Origin: an uncultured Clostridium sp.
Lineage (GTDB): Bacteria; Bacillota; Clostridia; TANB77; CAG-508
Reading direction: 5' to 3'
Assembly: GCA_900555615.1 (NCBI GenBank)
Contig: USMB01000001.1
Location: 470 to 64,469 of the forward strand
Length of the DNA: 64,000 nucleotides
Below the pieces are notes generated by a model. It worked only from the letters and a program-made list of their open reading frames with translations. It was not told the origin of the DNA and searched no databases. Both the position numbers and the translations under genes were made by a program. Positions 31,284 through 41,297 of the stretch are shown one piece after another (within the stretch, counting starts at the first letter, position 1; each line of letters opens with the position of its first letter).

Positions 31284-32627
31284 ATGGTAAACAAGATATT
31301 AATTGCAAATAGAGGAGAAATAGCAGTAAGAATAATAAGAGCATGTAAAGAAATGAATATAAAAACAGTTGCAGTATATTCAGAAGTAGACAAAGATGCA
31401 ATGCATGTAAAACTAGCTGATGAGGCTATATGTATAGGCCCTGCAAATTCTAGTAAAAGCTATTTGAATTTTAAAAATATAATAGAAGCAGCTAATATAA
31501 CAGGAGCTGATGCAATTCATCCTGGATTTGGATTTTTATCAGAAAATAGCCAGTTTGCAAAAATATGTGAAGAATCTAATATAAAATTTATAGGTCCAAA
31601 TTACAAAGTAATTGAATTGATGGGAAATAAGTCAAATGCAAAAGAATTAATGAAAAATGCAGGAGTTCCAGTTATACCAGGTTCAGATGGAAGTGTAAAG
31701 GGACTAAAAGATGCAATCAAAATTGCAAATGAAATAGGATATCCAGTTATGCTAAAAGCAGCTGCTGGAGGTGGAGGAAAAGGAATAAGAATTGTAAATA
31801 TTCCAGAAGAACTAGAAAGTAATTATAATATTGTAAAGCAAGAAGCAAAACTTTCTTTTAATGATGATGAAATATATATAGAAAAGTTCGTAAAAAATCC
31901 TAGACATGTAGAAATACAAATTTTAGCAGATGAGCATGGAAATGTAATCCATCTAGGAGAAAGAGACTGCTCAATACAGAGAAGAAATCAAAAAGTGATT
32001 GAAGAAACACCTTCAACAGCAATAGATGACAAATTAAGAAACAAGATGGGAGAAGCTGCAATTAAAGCAGTAAAAGCATCAGGATATACAAGTTGTGGGA
32101 CGATTGAATTTTTAGTAGATTGTGATAAAAACTTCTATTTTATGGAGATGAATACAAGAATCCAAGTAGAACATCCGATAACAGAAGAAAGAACAGGAAT
32201 TGATATTGTTAAAGCTCAAATAAGAATTTCAGCAGGAGAGCCATTAAAAATAAAACAAAAAGATGTTAAATTTAATGGACATAGTATTGAATGTAGAATA
32301 AATGCAGAAAATCCAGCCAAGAATTTTAGACCATGTCCAGGAACAATAACAGGAGTAATTTTGCCAGGAGGAAATGGTGTAAGAGTTGATACGGCGATAT
32401 ATTCAGGTTATACAATACCAAGTAACTATGATTCAATGATTGCAAAAATAATCACACATGGGGACACAAGAAATGAAGCAATCAGCAAAATGAAACGAGC
32501 TTTAGAAGAAACAGTAATAGAAGGTGTAGATACAAATATAGATTTCTTATTTAAGATTATAAAAAATCCAAATTTTATTAGAGGAAATTTTGATACCTCT
32601 TTTATTGAAAAAGAAATTTTGAAATAG
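31284..32627 (+). CDS. accC: acetyl-CoA carboxylase biotin carboxylase
   Basis: ATP-grasp with GGGGKG loop, [10 protein letters not shown] motif. Confidence 0.96.
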   Translation: MVNKILIANRGEIAVRIIRACKEMNIKTVAVYSEVDKDAMHVKLADEAICIGPANSSKSYLNFKNIIEAANITGADAIHPGFGFLSENSQFAKICEESNIKFIGPNYKVIELMGNKSNAKELMKNAGVPVIPGSDGSVKGLKDAIKIANEIGYPVMLKAAAGGGGKGIRIVNIPEELESNYNIVKQEAKLSFNDDEIYIEKFVKNPRHVEIQILADEHGNVIHLGERDCSIQRRNQKVIEETPSTAIDDKLRNKMGEAAIKAVKASGYTSCGTIEFLVDCDKNFYFMEMNTRIQVEHPITEERTGIDIVKAQIRISAGEPLKIKQKDVKFNGHSIECRINAENPAKNFRPCPGTITGVILPGGNGVRVDTAIYSGYTIPSNYDSMIAKIITHGDTRNEAISKMKRALEETVIEGVDTNIDFLFKIIKNPNFIRGNFDTSFIEKEILK

Positions 32628-32638
32628 AGGAAAGAAAA

Positions 32639-33493
32639 ATGATAGTAGATAAAATAAAAAAAAGAGAGCCAACGGCTAAAAGGCTAACAAATAAAGTAGA
32701 TATTCCAATTGGAAAATGGATAAAATGTGATAAATGTAAAGAAATAATTTATAAAGAAACTTTAAGAGAAAACTATTCAATTTGTCCTAATTGTGGTGCA
32801 TATTTTAGAATGCATATAAATAAAAGGCTAGAAACAATATTAGATGAAGGATCTTATAAAAGATTTGATTTAGACATAGATACAACAAATCCATTAGGAT
32901 TGGAAGATTATCCTAAAAAGATAAAAGCATTAAGAGAAAAAACAGGAATTCAAGAAGCTGTTGGATGTGGTACTGGAAAGATAAATGGAGAAGATGTTGT
33001 TATTTGTATAATGGATAGTGGATTTTTGATGGGAAGTATGGGAGTTGTAGTTGGAGAAAAAATTACATATTCAATAGAAAAGGCAATAGAATTAAAATTG
33101 CCAATTATAATCTTTTGTACATCAGGTGGAGCAAGAATGCAAGAAGGAATAGTGTCTTTAATGCAGATGGCAAAAACGACATCAGCAATAAGAAAATTAA
33201 ATGATGCAGGATTATTATATATATCTGTACTAACAGATCCAACATATGGAGGAGTTACAGCTTCATTTGCGAGTATTGCAGATATAGTACTTGCAGAGCC
33301 TAAAGCAATGATTGGCTTTGCAGGAAAACGTGTAATTGAGCAGACAATAGGTCAAACATTGCCAGAAGATTTTCAGACTTCAGAATTTTTGTTAGAACAT
33401 GGATTTATAGACAAAATTGTTGAAAGAAAAGATATGAAAAATACATTAAGTACATTAATTAAATTTCATAAAGACCAACTAGGAGGTGAATAG
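32639..33493 (+). CDS. accD: acetyl-CoA carboxylase carboxyltransferase beta subunit
   Basis: N-terminal CxxC...CxxC zinc ribbon, GGARMQEG motif. Confidence 0.95.
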   Translation: MIVDKIKKREPTAKRLTNKVDIPIGKWIKCDKCKEIIYKETLRENYSICPNCGAYFRMHINKRLETILDEGSYKRFDLDIDTTNPLGLEDYPKKIKALREKTGIQEAVGCGTGKINGEDVVICIMDSGFLMGSMGVVVGEKITYSIEKAIELKLPIIIFCTSGGARMQEGIVSLMQMAKTTSAIRKLNDAGLLYISVLTDPTYGGVTASFASIADIVLAEPKAMIGFAGKRVIEQTIGQTLPEDFQTSEFLLEHGFIDKIVERKDMKNTLSTLIKFHKDQLGGE

Positions 33494-33494
33494 A

Positions 33495-34280
33495 TTGGAA
33501 AAATCAGCATGGGAAAAAGTCGAAATTGCAAGAAATCCAAAAAGAAAAACAGCATTAGATTATATAGAAAAAATATTTGATGAATTTATAGAATTACATG
33601 GAGATAGAGCTGGAAAAGATGATAAGTCAATTGTATGTGGACTTGCAAAAATAGGTAAACAGAATTTTACAGTAATAGCAGAGCAAAAAGGAAGAACCAC
33701 AAAAGAAAATATAGAAAGAAATTTTGGAATGCCTACCCCAGAAAGCTACAGAAAAGGCATTAGATTTATGAAACAGGCCGAAAAGTTTAATAGGCCAGTT
33801 ATCACATTTATTGACACAAAAGGAGCATATCCAGGAATAGAAGCAGAAGAAAAAGGTCAAGGAGAAGCGATTGCATCATCAATGCTTCAATTATCAGGTC
33901 TAAAAGTGCCAGTGATTGCAATTGTAATAGGAGAAGGTTCAAGTGGAGGCGCTTTAGCACTTGGAGTAGGAAATGAAGTAATCATGCTAGAAAATGCAAT
34001 TTATTCAATCTTATCTCCTGAAGGTTATGCAAGCATTTTGTGGAAGGATGCATCACGTGCAAAAGAAGCGGCAGAAAAAATGAAGTTAACAGCCCAGAAT
34101 TTGCTAGAATTAAATATTATTGATAAAATAGTGGAAGAAAAGTCATTTGAACAAACAGCCAAAGATTTAAAAACAGAGATTGAGCGTGGTGTGGCTGAAT
34201 TGAAGAAACTATCTGCTGATGAATTAGTTGAGAGTAGATATCAGAAATATAGGAACATGGGAGAATATGTTGTGATATAA
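33495..34280 (+). CDS. accA: acetyl-CoA carboxylase carboxyltransferase alpha subunit
   Basis: FIDTKGAYPG and GEGSSGGALA motifs; the TTG at 33495 lies 8 nt after AGGAGG, whereas the track GTG at 33486 overlaps the RBS. Confidence 0.93.
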   Translation: MEKSAWEKVEIARNPKRKTALDYIEKIFDEFIELHGDRAGKDDKSIVCGLAKIGKQNFTVIAEQKGRTTKENIERNFGMPTPESYRKGIRFMKQAEKFNRPVITFIDTKGAYPGIEAEEKGQGEAIASSMLQLSGLKVPVIAIVIGEGSSGGALALGVGNEVIMLENAIYSILSPEGYASILWKDASRAKEAAEKMKLTAQNLLELNIIDKIVEEKSFEQTAKDLKTEIERGVAELKKLSADELVESRYQKYRNMGEYVVI

Positions 34281-34349
34281 GAGAATTCGACGGGAGAATG
34301 CTGAAATGAGAGTTTGGATAAAAAATATATAGAGGAGAGAAGAGTAAAG

Positions 34350-35123
34350 ATGTTGTTAGAAAATAAAAAAATATTAATAATGGGAATAAGAAACAAATGG
34401 AGCATAGCATTTGGAATTGCAAAATCTGCATATGAAAATGGAGCTGAATTGCTTTTTACGTGTAAAGGAGAAGAGAATAAAGCTAAGATAGAAGAATTAG
34501 TTTCAGAATTTAAAGGAAGCAAAGTATATCTTTTAGATGAAGCATCAGATGATGAACAAGTAAAAGCAACTTTTGAAAAAATAAAAGAAGAAAATGGAAA
34601 AATAGATGGGATTGTACATGCGATAGCACATGCATTTACAGATGATTTACACAATGATTTTATTCAAACAAGCAAAGAAGGATATTTACATGCCTGTGAA
34701 GTTAGTGCATATTCATTTGTACTAGCAGCAAGAACTGCAAAAGAATTAGATATGTTAAATGAAAATGCAAGTTTAGTTACTTTGACATATTATGGTTCAA
34801 CAAAAGTAATAGAAGGATACAATGTAATGGGAATTGCCAAATCTGCATTAGAAGCAAGTGTGAGATATTTAGCTGAAAATTTAGGAAAAGAGCAAATTCG
34901 TGTAAATGCAATTTCAGCAGGACCAATAAAAACATTGTCTGCACGAGGCATTAAAGATTTTGGAAATATCTTGGATGTTATTGAAGCAAAAGCACCGTTA
35001 CATAAGAATATAACAACAACACAAATTGGTGATGTTTCTACCTTTTTATTGAGCAAAATGTCAAATTGTATAACAGGGCAAATTATCTACGCCGACAATG
35101 GTTACGAGATAATGGGGTGCTAG
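34350..35123 (+). CDS. fabI: enoyl-ACP reductase (NADH), FabI type
   Basis: Y-x6-K catalytic pattern (YNVMGIAK), SAGPIKT motif; RBS AGAGGAG before the Met at 34350. Confidence 0.9.
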   Translation: MLLENKKILIMGIRNKWSIAFGIAKSAYENGAELLFTCKGEENKAKIEELVSEFKGSKVYLLDEASDDEQVKATFEKIKEENGKIDGIVHAIAHAFTDDLHNDFIQTSKEGYLHACEVSAYSFVLAARTAKELDMLNENASLVTLTYYGSTKVIEGYNVMGIAKSALEASVRYLAENLGKEQIRVNAISAGPIKTLSARGIKDFGNILDVIEAKAPLHKNITTTQIGDVSTFLLSKMSNCITGQIIYADNGYEIMGC

Positions 35124-35132
35124 TTTTTTGTT

Positions 35133-35188
35133 AATTTGGTACCGGTGTTTTTTTTGACAATTGTCAAGAAAAACACCGGTACCAAATT
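35133..35188. terminator. long perfect palindrome acting as a bidirectional terminator
   Basis: 20-bp arms AATTTGGTACCGGTGTTTTT (35133-35152) / AAAAACACCGGTACCAAATT (35169-35188) with nested TTGACAATTGTCAA; lies between convergent fabI and the peroxiredoxin gene. Confidence 0.8.
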
Positions 35189-35189
35189 G

Positions 35190-35864
35190 TCACTTGTCAC
35201 AAAGTTTAGGTGGCTCTTTAAAGCTTAAATACCAGCTCATTCCGTTATTATTTTGCTCGATAAAATTTAGTCTTTCTTGCAATTGAGGATATGTTTTTGG
35301 AGGTGTTTCAATAACAGGTTGCCCTGGCATCCAATTTGCAGGAGTAGAACCTTTTGAGCAGTCTGCCATTTGTAGTGCTTGAATAATTCTTAGGATTTCT
35401 GGTATAAATCTGCCTATGTTTAAAGGGTATACTAGAATTACTCTTACAATACCTTTATCATCAATTACAAAGACATTTCTAACAGTTTCTGTAGAACTAA
35501 TATCATTAGAAATCATGCCATATTTTCTGGCAATTGATCCATTTCTATCTGCAACAATTGGAAATGGTAGAACGATTCCTGTCATACAATAAATGTCACG
35601 CATCCATGCAAGATGTGAGGGATTACTGTCTATACTTAAGCCTAATAGGCAAGTGTTTAATTTTTCAAAGTATGGGCAGGCATTTGCAAATGCAATCATT
35701 TCTGTTGTACAGACAGGTGTAAAGTCTCCTGGATGTGAGAAAAACACTAACCACTTTCCTTTGTAATCTTCAAGGCTGACAGGCCCATATGTAGTTTCTG
35801 CTTCAAAGCTTGGAGCGTGTTGACCAATTTTTACAGTTCCATTCATCATTAATTCATAGTCCAT
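35190..35864 (-). CDS. peroxiredoxin (1-Cys/Prx6-like AhpC-TSA family)
   Basis: FSHPGDFTPVCTTE peroxidatic Cys motif; AAAGGAG RBS before the internal Met (MDYEL). Confidence 0.88.
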   Translation of the reverse strand: MDYELMMNGTVKIGQHAPSFEAETTYGPVSLEDYKGKWLVFFSHPGDFTPVCTTEMIAFANACPYFEKLNTCLLGLSIDSNPSHLAWMRDIYCMTGIVLPFPIVADRNGSIARKYGMISNDISSTETVRNVFVIDDKGIVRVILVYPLNIGRFIPEILRIIQALQMADCSKGSTPANWMPGQPVIETPPKTYPQLQERLNFIEQNNNGMSWYLSFKEPPKLCDK

Positions 35865-36116
35865 ATAAAAAACTCCTTTCATCATATTGTATTTTGATGC
35901 GGAGTTTTTGTGACTTAAAAATTTTTGTCAAATATCTCTTTAAAAGTGCTAGACAAATACAAATGAATATAATACTCTATTGACTAACATACATGGTTAG
36001 TATAGGAATATGTCTTTTTAACTTGCAAAAACAAGGAAAATATTGTATAATAGAGAAGAATGAGGCAAAAAAATGCCTTAAACTGTAATTAAAAGTTGGA
36101 AGGAATGTTTATTTAT

Positions 36117-36587
36117 ATGGATAGAATGAAAACATTTGCTAAATATGCAATTTGGGTAATATTATTTTGGATATTGTCAGATATATTAATATATTATGGT
36201 ATAAACACTACATATAAAACAATATCTAGAAGAAATGAAATTTCAAATCAAATAGCAATCAATGATGCAGAAGCAACCAAAGTCAATGGAAGAATAAAAG
36301 GAGCAGTAACTAATACAGAGGAAAACAATATAAGTGGAAAATATATAAAAATAGACTTATATTCAGAAAGAGGAAATGTATTAGGAACAAAATATTTAGA
36401 TATTGGAAATCTAGAACCTAATCAAACTACACAATTTGAAACATATTTTAAAATTCAAGATGTAAAATCTTATGATGTTACCATTTCGGATGAAAAGGTA
36501 GAAACAACAACAGAGGTTGATTTCATGACAGAAGACATGAAACAGATGAGAATAATAATGTTGTTAACATATATGATATTTTTTTAG
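36117..36587 (+). CDS. membrane-anchored FxLYD-like domain protein
   Basis: N-terminal TM segment, beta-rich ectodomain with IKIDLYSERGNVLG resembling the FxLYD motif. Confidence 0.4.
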   Translation: MDRMKTFAKYAIWVILFWILSDILIYYGINTTYKTISRRNEISNQIAINDAEATKVNGRIKGAVTNTEENNISGKYIKIDLYSERGNVLGTKYLDIGNLEPNQTTQFETYFKIQDVKSYDVTISDEKVETTTEVDFMTEDMKQMRIIMLLTYMIFF

Positions 36588-36622
36588 TTGAAGAAAAATT
36601 TTTTAAAAATTTTTAAAAAGTA

Positions 36623-36651
36623 TTGTCAAAAATAAAAGAATGTGTTACTAT
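36623..36651 (+). promoter_or_regulatory. sigma-A type promoter for tRNA-Trp (TTGTCA-17-TACTAT)
   Basis: Hexamers with a 17-nt spacer, ending 15 nt before the tRNA 5' end. Confidence 0.5.
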
Positions 36652-36666
36652 ATAAAAGTATCACAT

Positions 36667-36741
36667 AGGGGCATAGTGTTAATGGTAGCACATCGGTCTC
36701 CAAAACCGCTTGTCTGGGTTCGAATCCTAGTACCCCTGCCA
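36667..36741 (+). tRNA. tRNA-Trp (anticodon CCA), CCA encoded
   Basis: Hand fold: loop CTCCAAA, T-loop TTCGAAT, discriminator G; close to Bacillus tRNA-Trp but with C6-A67 and U27-C43 mismatches. Confidence 0.85.
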
Positions 36742-36792
36742 TAAAAAACTATTAATTGGGGAATTAATAGTAAAAAAATTAGGGGCCTAGAA

Positions 36793-36827
36793 AGAAGTTT
36801 AGCATATAGAGCTAGACTTCTTTTTTT
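36793..36827 (+). terminator. intrinsic terminator after tRNA-Trp
   Basis: 11-bp stem AGAAGTTTAGC / GCTAGACTTCT followed by T7. Confidence 0.75.
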
Positions 36828-36847
36828 GCTTAAAATTAAAATAGGAG

Positions 36848-37438
36848 GTGAAAATTATTAATAAATTAATTTATAAAATTATAATATTTACTATTATGGT
36901 ATGCATATTTTTTGTGCCTACAATTTCAGCAAATGCAGGAACAATAGGAGATGAACCTGAAAAGGGGCAAATCATATTTGGTAGCAACACTAAATATGCC
37001 TGGCCAATTCCAGGGTATACATCAATCTCATCACCATTTGGAAAAAGAACAGCTCCAACCTCAGGTGCATCAACATATCATAAAGGAACAGACATACCAG
37101 CACCAGAAGGAACGCCACTTGTTGCAACCTGTGATGGAGAAATAACATTTACAGGATTTCTAGGTGGAGGTGGATATACAATAACACTTACAACAGAAGA
37201 AGATATAAAAATATCTTATTGCCATGTTTCGCCCAATTATATAGTATCAAAAGGTCAATTTGTAGAGCAAGGAGATATAATAGGAAATGTGGGGCCTAAA
37301 TATGTGTATGGAGTTGTAGGAAATCAATATAAAGATTCAGCTGGAAATCCAACAAATGGAGCAACAACAGGTTGTCATCTTCATATAGGTTTTAGAATAG
37401 ATAATGAGTATGTAAACCCATTAGATTATTTACAATAA
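36848..37438 (+). CDS. secreted M23-family metallopeptidase
   Basis: HKGTDIP and GCHLH zinc ligand motifs, signal peptide. The start is uncertain: the GTG at 36848 overlaps the AGGAGG RBS, in-frame ATT codons at 36854/36857 have better spacing, and the next ATG is at 36896. Confidence 0.85.
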   Translation: MKIINKLIYKIIIFTIMVCIFFVPTISANAGTIGDEPEKGQIIFGSNTKYAWPIPGYTSISSPFGKRTAPTSGASTYHKGTDIPAPEGTPLVATCDGEITFTGFLGGGGYTITLTTEEDIKISYCHVSPNYIVSKGQFVEQGDIIGNVGPKYVYGVVGNQYKDSAGNPTNGATTGCHLHIGFRIDNEYVNPLDYLQ

Positions 37439-37480
37439 AACAAAATTGTGGTATTATAATAATATTTGGAGGAGATAACC

Positions 37481-39139
37481 ATGGCATTTGATGGAATTGT
37501 AACAAAAGCAATTGTAACAGAGTTGCAAGAATTAGTTGGAAGTAAAATTGATAAAGTACATGAACCTGATAAAAATACAATAGTCTTAGGATTGTATTCA
37601 CAAGGAAAAAATTATGCATTAAATATTTGTATAGATGCACATAATTGTAGGCTAAACTTAACAACACATAACAAGCTAAATCCACTTGTTGCACCTAATT
37701 TTTGTATGCTACTTAGAAAACATTTGATAGGTGGTAAAATTTCTGGCATTTTTATGCAAGGGCTTGAAAGAATTGTAAATATTGAAATTGAGACTATTAA
37801 TGAATTTAGTGAGATAGAAAATAAAACTTTAATTTTGGAATTGATGGGAAAACATAGCAATATCATTCTTAAAAATCAAAATGATATTATTATTGATGCA
37901 ATGAGGCATATTGCTTCAAATAATTCATATAGAGAAATATTACCATCACGAATTTATACATTACCACAATCAAATAAATATGAATTTACTAAATTGTCAG
38001 GGCCAGAAGAGTTTGGTGAAAAATTAGAAATAGATTCAACAGAAAATGATTATGCTAAAAAGCTTTCAAATACATTTACAGGGATAAGCTTGTCGTTTGC
38101 GAAATCTGCAGTAGAACAGAGAGAATTGCCTGAAATATATAATTATATAAATGAAATTATAAATAGTGAAAAATTGAAATTTGAGTTAGAAGGCTCTGAC
38201 TATGTTTTAAAACTATCAGATCAAGAGAAAGAAATGTTTGAATTAAACTTTTTTATAGATGACTTTTATTTTGAAAGAGAGACAACAGAAGCATTTACAA
38301 ATGCTAGAAATACTATGCTTAGAATGATTTTAGAAGTTCTAAAAAAATATAAAAATCGTTTGGCAAGTATAGATGCGAAATTACAAGAATGTGATGGAAT
38401 GGACAAATATAGATTATATGGAGAATTGATAACAGCTAATTTATATCAGCTTACAAATACACATTCAGATAGCATAGAATTGTACAATTACTATGATAAT
38501 AGCAATATTAAGATTCCATTAGATGTAAAATATTCGCCAAGCATGAATGCTAAGAGATATTTTAAGAAGTATTCGAAATTGAAAAATGCATATAAAATTG
38601 TATCTGAGCAAAAAGTAGAAACAGAAAAAGAATTAAATTATATAGAAAGTATAGTTTATGAATTAGAAGATAGTACATGTTTAGAAGATGTTCAGGACAT
38701 CTTTGAGGAAATAAGCGAAAATGTGGTATTTAAAGAAAAATTAAAGAGGAAAGAAAAGAAAAACAAAAATCAGAAAAAGAAAAAACAACAAAAATTTTCA
38801 CCAATTGAATATGAAGTGAATGGATATAAAATTTATGTCGGAAGAAATAATAAAGAAAATGATTGGTTAACATTATCATTTGCAAGTAAAACAGATTATT
38901 GGTTTCATACCAAAGATGTGCAAGGAAGCCATGTTATATTAAAAGCAGATAAAGAGGTAAATGATGATATTTTAGTAAAAGTAGCAGAGATTGCGGCAAA
39001 ACATAGTAAAGCCAAAATGTCATCAAATGTGCCAGTTGATTATTGTTTAGTACAATTTGTGAAAAAGCCAAATGGTTCAAAGCCAGGAATGGTAATATTT
39101 ACAAATAATAAAACCTTAAATGTAAATCCACAAAAATAA
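37481..39139 (+). CDS. rqcH: ribosome quality control factor RqcH (NFACT / FbpA family)
   Basis: NFACT-N start MAFDGIVTKAI, coiled-coil middle, C-terminal NFACT-R with DYWFHTKDVQGSHV. Confidence 0.88.
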   Translation: MAFDGIVTKAIVTELQELVGSKIDKVHEPDKNTIVLGLYSQGKNYALNICIDAHNCRLNLTTHNKLNPLVAPNFCMLLRKHLIGGKISGIFMQGLERIVNIEIETINEFSEIENKTLILELMGKHSNIILKNQNDIIIDAMRHIASNNSYREILPSRIYTLPQSNKYEFTKLSGPEEFGEKLEIDSTENDYAKKLSNTFTGISLSFAKSAVEQRELPEIYNYINEIINSEKLKFELEGSDYVLKLSDQEKEMFELNFFIDDFYFERETTEAFTNARNTMLRMILEVLKKYKNRLASIDAKLQECDGMDKYRLYGELITANLYQLTNTHSDSIELYNYYDNSNIKIPLDVKYSPSMNAKRYFKKYSKLKNAYKIVSEQKVETEKELNYIESIVYELEDSTCLEDVQDIFEEISENVVFKEKLKRKEKKNKNQKKKKQQKFSPIEYEVNGYKIYVGRNNKENDWLTLSFASKTDYWFHTKDVQGSHVILKADKEVNDDILVKVAEIAAKHSKAKMSSNVPVDYCLVQFVKKPNGSKPGMVIFTNNKTLNVNPQK

Positions 39140-39170
39140 ACAGGGGAGTTCAATAAGAACTCCTCTGTTT
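39140..39170. terminator. bidirectional terminator hairpin
   Basis: 12-bp stem ACAGGGGAGTTC / GAACTCCTCTGT between convergent genes. Confidence 0.7.
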
Positions 39171-39184
39171 GCTGAAAATTATTT

Positions 39185-39511
39185 TTATTTTCCAGCTTTT
39201 GCTTGGTCACAATAGTCTTCAAAAATGCTCCATATAATCCGGCAAGGCCGAGAAAGACGAAGCATGTTGGAAACAGAATTCTCAAAAGTCGTATACTCAA
39301 TAAAGGGAACATCTTGTGTTTCGATAATGTCTTTATTGATTTTGATAGACTGGAATTCAGGAATCAACTCACAGAGTTTTTTTGCATTTGCATTGCGGTC
39401 AGGGTAAAAATCACTGATATCAATCATGAGTGCGAAAAAGGCTTCGCGGTTGATTGTTCCTTTGTAAGTTTTGCCGTTTTCAATGTAAGTTAATTCAATA
39501 AGGCTTCCCAT
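39185..39511 (-). CDS. hypothetical protein with atypical composition
   Basis: GGAGG RBS 6 nt before the ATG; many C/G-ending codons, unlike the neighbouring genes; no motif I recognise. Confidence 0.6.
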   Translation of the reverse strand: MGSLIELTYIENGKTYKGTINREAFFALMIDISDFYPDRNANAKKLCELIPEFQSIKINKDIIETQDVPFIEYTTFENSVSNMLRLSRPCRIIWSIFEDYCDQAKAGK

Positions 39512-39614
39512 GCTAATACCTCCATCATTTAATGAAATTAATGGGCTAATTAATTTCGGACAGGAAAATTATACCATATTATTGTTATAATTTCCAGCTT
39601 TTTTTCAAAAAATG

Positions 39615-39643
39615 TTGACAAAGCAAGGTTAAAATAATATAAT
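39615..39643 (+). promoter_or_regulatory. consensus sigma-A promoter (TTGACA-17-TATAAT)
   Basis: TTGACA at 39615-39620, TATAAT at 39638-39643. Confidence 0.75.
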
Positions 39644-39649
39644 AATTGC

Positions 39650-39877
39650 AAATAAATAATTACGATGAAAAAGAAAAATCATGTGGAAAGTTTTGGAGAG
39701 AGCTAGCAGTTGGTGCGAAGCTAGTAATTTGAACCATGAGGGGAGCTTTGGAGTAATATAAATTAAGGTGCTCAATGTCTTGAAAAAAGACTTTGAGAAT
39801 TAGGGTGGAAACGCGGAATTTAACTTTCGTCCCTAGCAATATATTTTTTATTGCTAGGAATGAAAGTTTTTTTAATT
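39650..39877 (+). promoter_or_regulatory. T-box riboswitch leader (glycine)
   Basis: Stem I with GATGA K-turn, AGAGAG and GGTGCGA distal motifs (39697-39719); candidate GGA specifier at 39742-39744; T-box AATTAGGGTGGAAACGCGG at 39798-39816 (the UGGA bulge fits discriminator U of tRNA-Gly); long terminator 39824-39877 ending in T7. Confidence 0.9.
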
Positions 39878-39911
39878 TTTCTAGCAAAGAAGTAACAAGG
39901 AGGAGTTTAAA

Positions 39912-41294
39912 ATGGTAAAATCAATGGACACAATAGTAAATTTGTGTAAAGCAAGAGGATATATATATCCTGGATCAGAAATATACGGAGGATTAGCAAA
40001 TACTTGGGACTATGGACCTTTAGGAGTAGAACTAAAAAACAATGTAAAAAAATTATGGAGAAAGAAATTCATTCAAGAAAGTAAATACAATGTTGGATTA
40101 GATGCTGCAATTTTAATGAACCCACAAACATGGGTAGCATCAGGACATGTTGGAGGATTTTCAGACCCACTTATCGATTGTAAAGAATGCAAAACAAGAC
40201 ATAGAGCAGATAAATTAATCGAAGAATGGGCTCATGAACAAGGAAAAGACATGATTGCAGATGGAATGTCAGATGAAGAAATGATAAAATTCTTAGATGA
40301 TAATAATATTCCATGTCCAAACTGTGGAAAACACAACTTCACATCAATTCGTAAATTCAACTTGATGTTCAAAACATTCCAAGGTGTAACAGAAGATGCA
40401 AAAGCAGAAATATATTTAAGACCAGAAACAGCACAAGGTATATTTGTTAACTTCAAAAATGTAATGAGAACAACAAGAAAAAAATTACCTATGGGTATTG
40501 CACAAGTAGGAAAAGCATTCAGAAATGAAATTACACCAGGTAACTTTACATTTAGAACAAGAGAATTTGAGCAAATGGAACTAGAATTTTTCTGCAAACC
40601 AGGAACAGATTTAGAATGGCATGAATATTGGAAAAAATTCTGCGAAGATTGGCTATTAGGATTAGGAATGAAAAAAGAAAATATTCGTTTAAGAGATCAT
40701 AGCCCAGAAGAATTAGTATTTTATAGCAAAGCAACAACAGATATAGAATATGCATTCCCATTTGGATGGGGAGAATTATGGGGAATTGCTGACAGAACTG
40801 ATTATGACTTAACAAATCATATGAATATGTCAAAAGAAGATTTCACATATTTAGACCCAGAAACAAATGAAAGATATGTACCATATTGTATCGAACCATC
40901 ACTTGGAGCAGACAGAGTTGCATTAGCATTTTTATGTAATAGCTATGATGAAGAAGAAATTGCAGAAGGAGATACAAGAACAGTATTACACTTACATCCT
41001 GCTTTAGCACCATACAAAGTAGCTGTATTGCCATTATCTAAAAAATTATCAGAAAAAGCAGAAGAAGTATATACACAATTATCAAAGAAATTTATGTGTG
41101 AATATGATGAAACAGGTTCAATTGGAAAACGTTATAGAAGAGAAGACGAAATAGGTACACCATATTGCGTAACTGTTGATTTTGATACATTAGAGGATAA
41201 TACTGTAACAGTAAGAGATAGAGACACAATGGAACAAGTTAGAGTAAATATTAATGATTTGGAAAAATGGATTGAGGAGAAGGTTGAATTTTAG
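39912..41294 (+). CDS. glyQS: glycine--tRNA ligase (dimeric class II, GlyQS type)
   Basis: Full-length similarity to GlyRS alpha2 type ([30 protein letters not shown] motifs). Confidence 0.95.
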   Translation: MVKSMDTIVNLCKARGYIYPGSEIYGGLANTWDYGPLGVELKNNVKKLWRKKFIQESKYNVGLDAAILMNPQTWVASGHVGGFSDPLIDCKECKTRHRADKLIEEWAHEQGKDMIADGMSDEEMIKFLDDNNIPCPNCGKHNFTSIRKFNLMFKTFQGVTEDAKAEIYLRPETAQGIFVNFKNVMRTTRKKLPMGIAQVGKAFRNEITPGNFTFRTREFEQMELEFFCKPGTDLEWHEYWKKFCEDWLLGLGMKKENIRLRDHSPEELVFYSKATTDIEYAFPFGWGELWGIADRTDYDLTNHMNMSKEDFTYLDPETNERYVPYCIEPSLGADRVALAFLCNSYDEEEIAEGDTRTVLHLHPALAPYKVAVLPLSKKLSEKAEEVYTQLSKKFMCEYDETGSIGKRYRREDEIGTPYCVTVDFDTLEDNTVTVRDRDTMEQVRVNINDLEKWIEEKVEF

Positions 41295-41297
41295 GGC

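Noticed and set aside
36588-36666. Regulatory RNA between the FxLYD-like gene and tRNA-Trp
   Set aside because: Only a plausible promoter (TTGTCA-17-TACTAT) is visible, with no conserved structure.
39660-39887. 75-aa minus-strand ORF
   Set aside because: It lies entirely within the glyQS T-box leader on the opposite strand.
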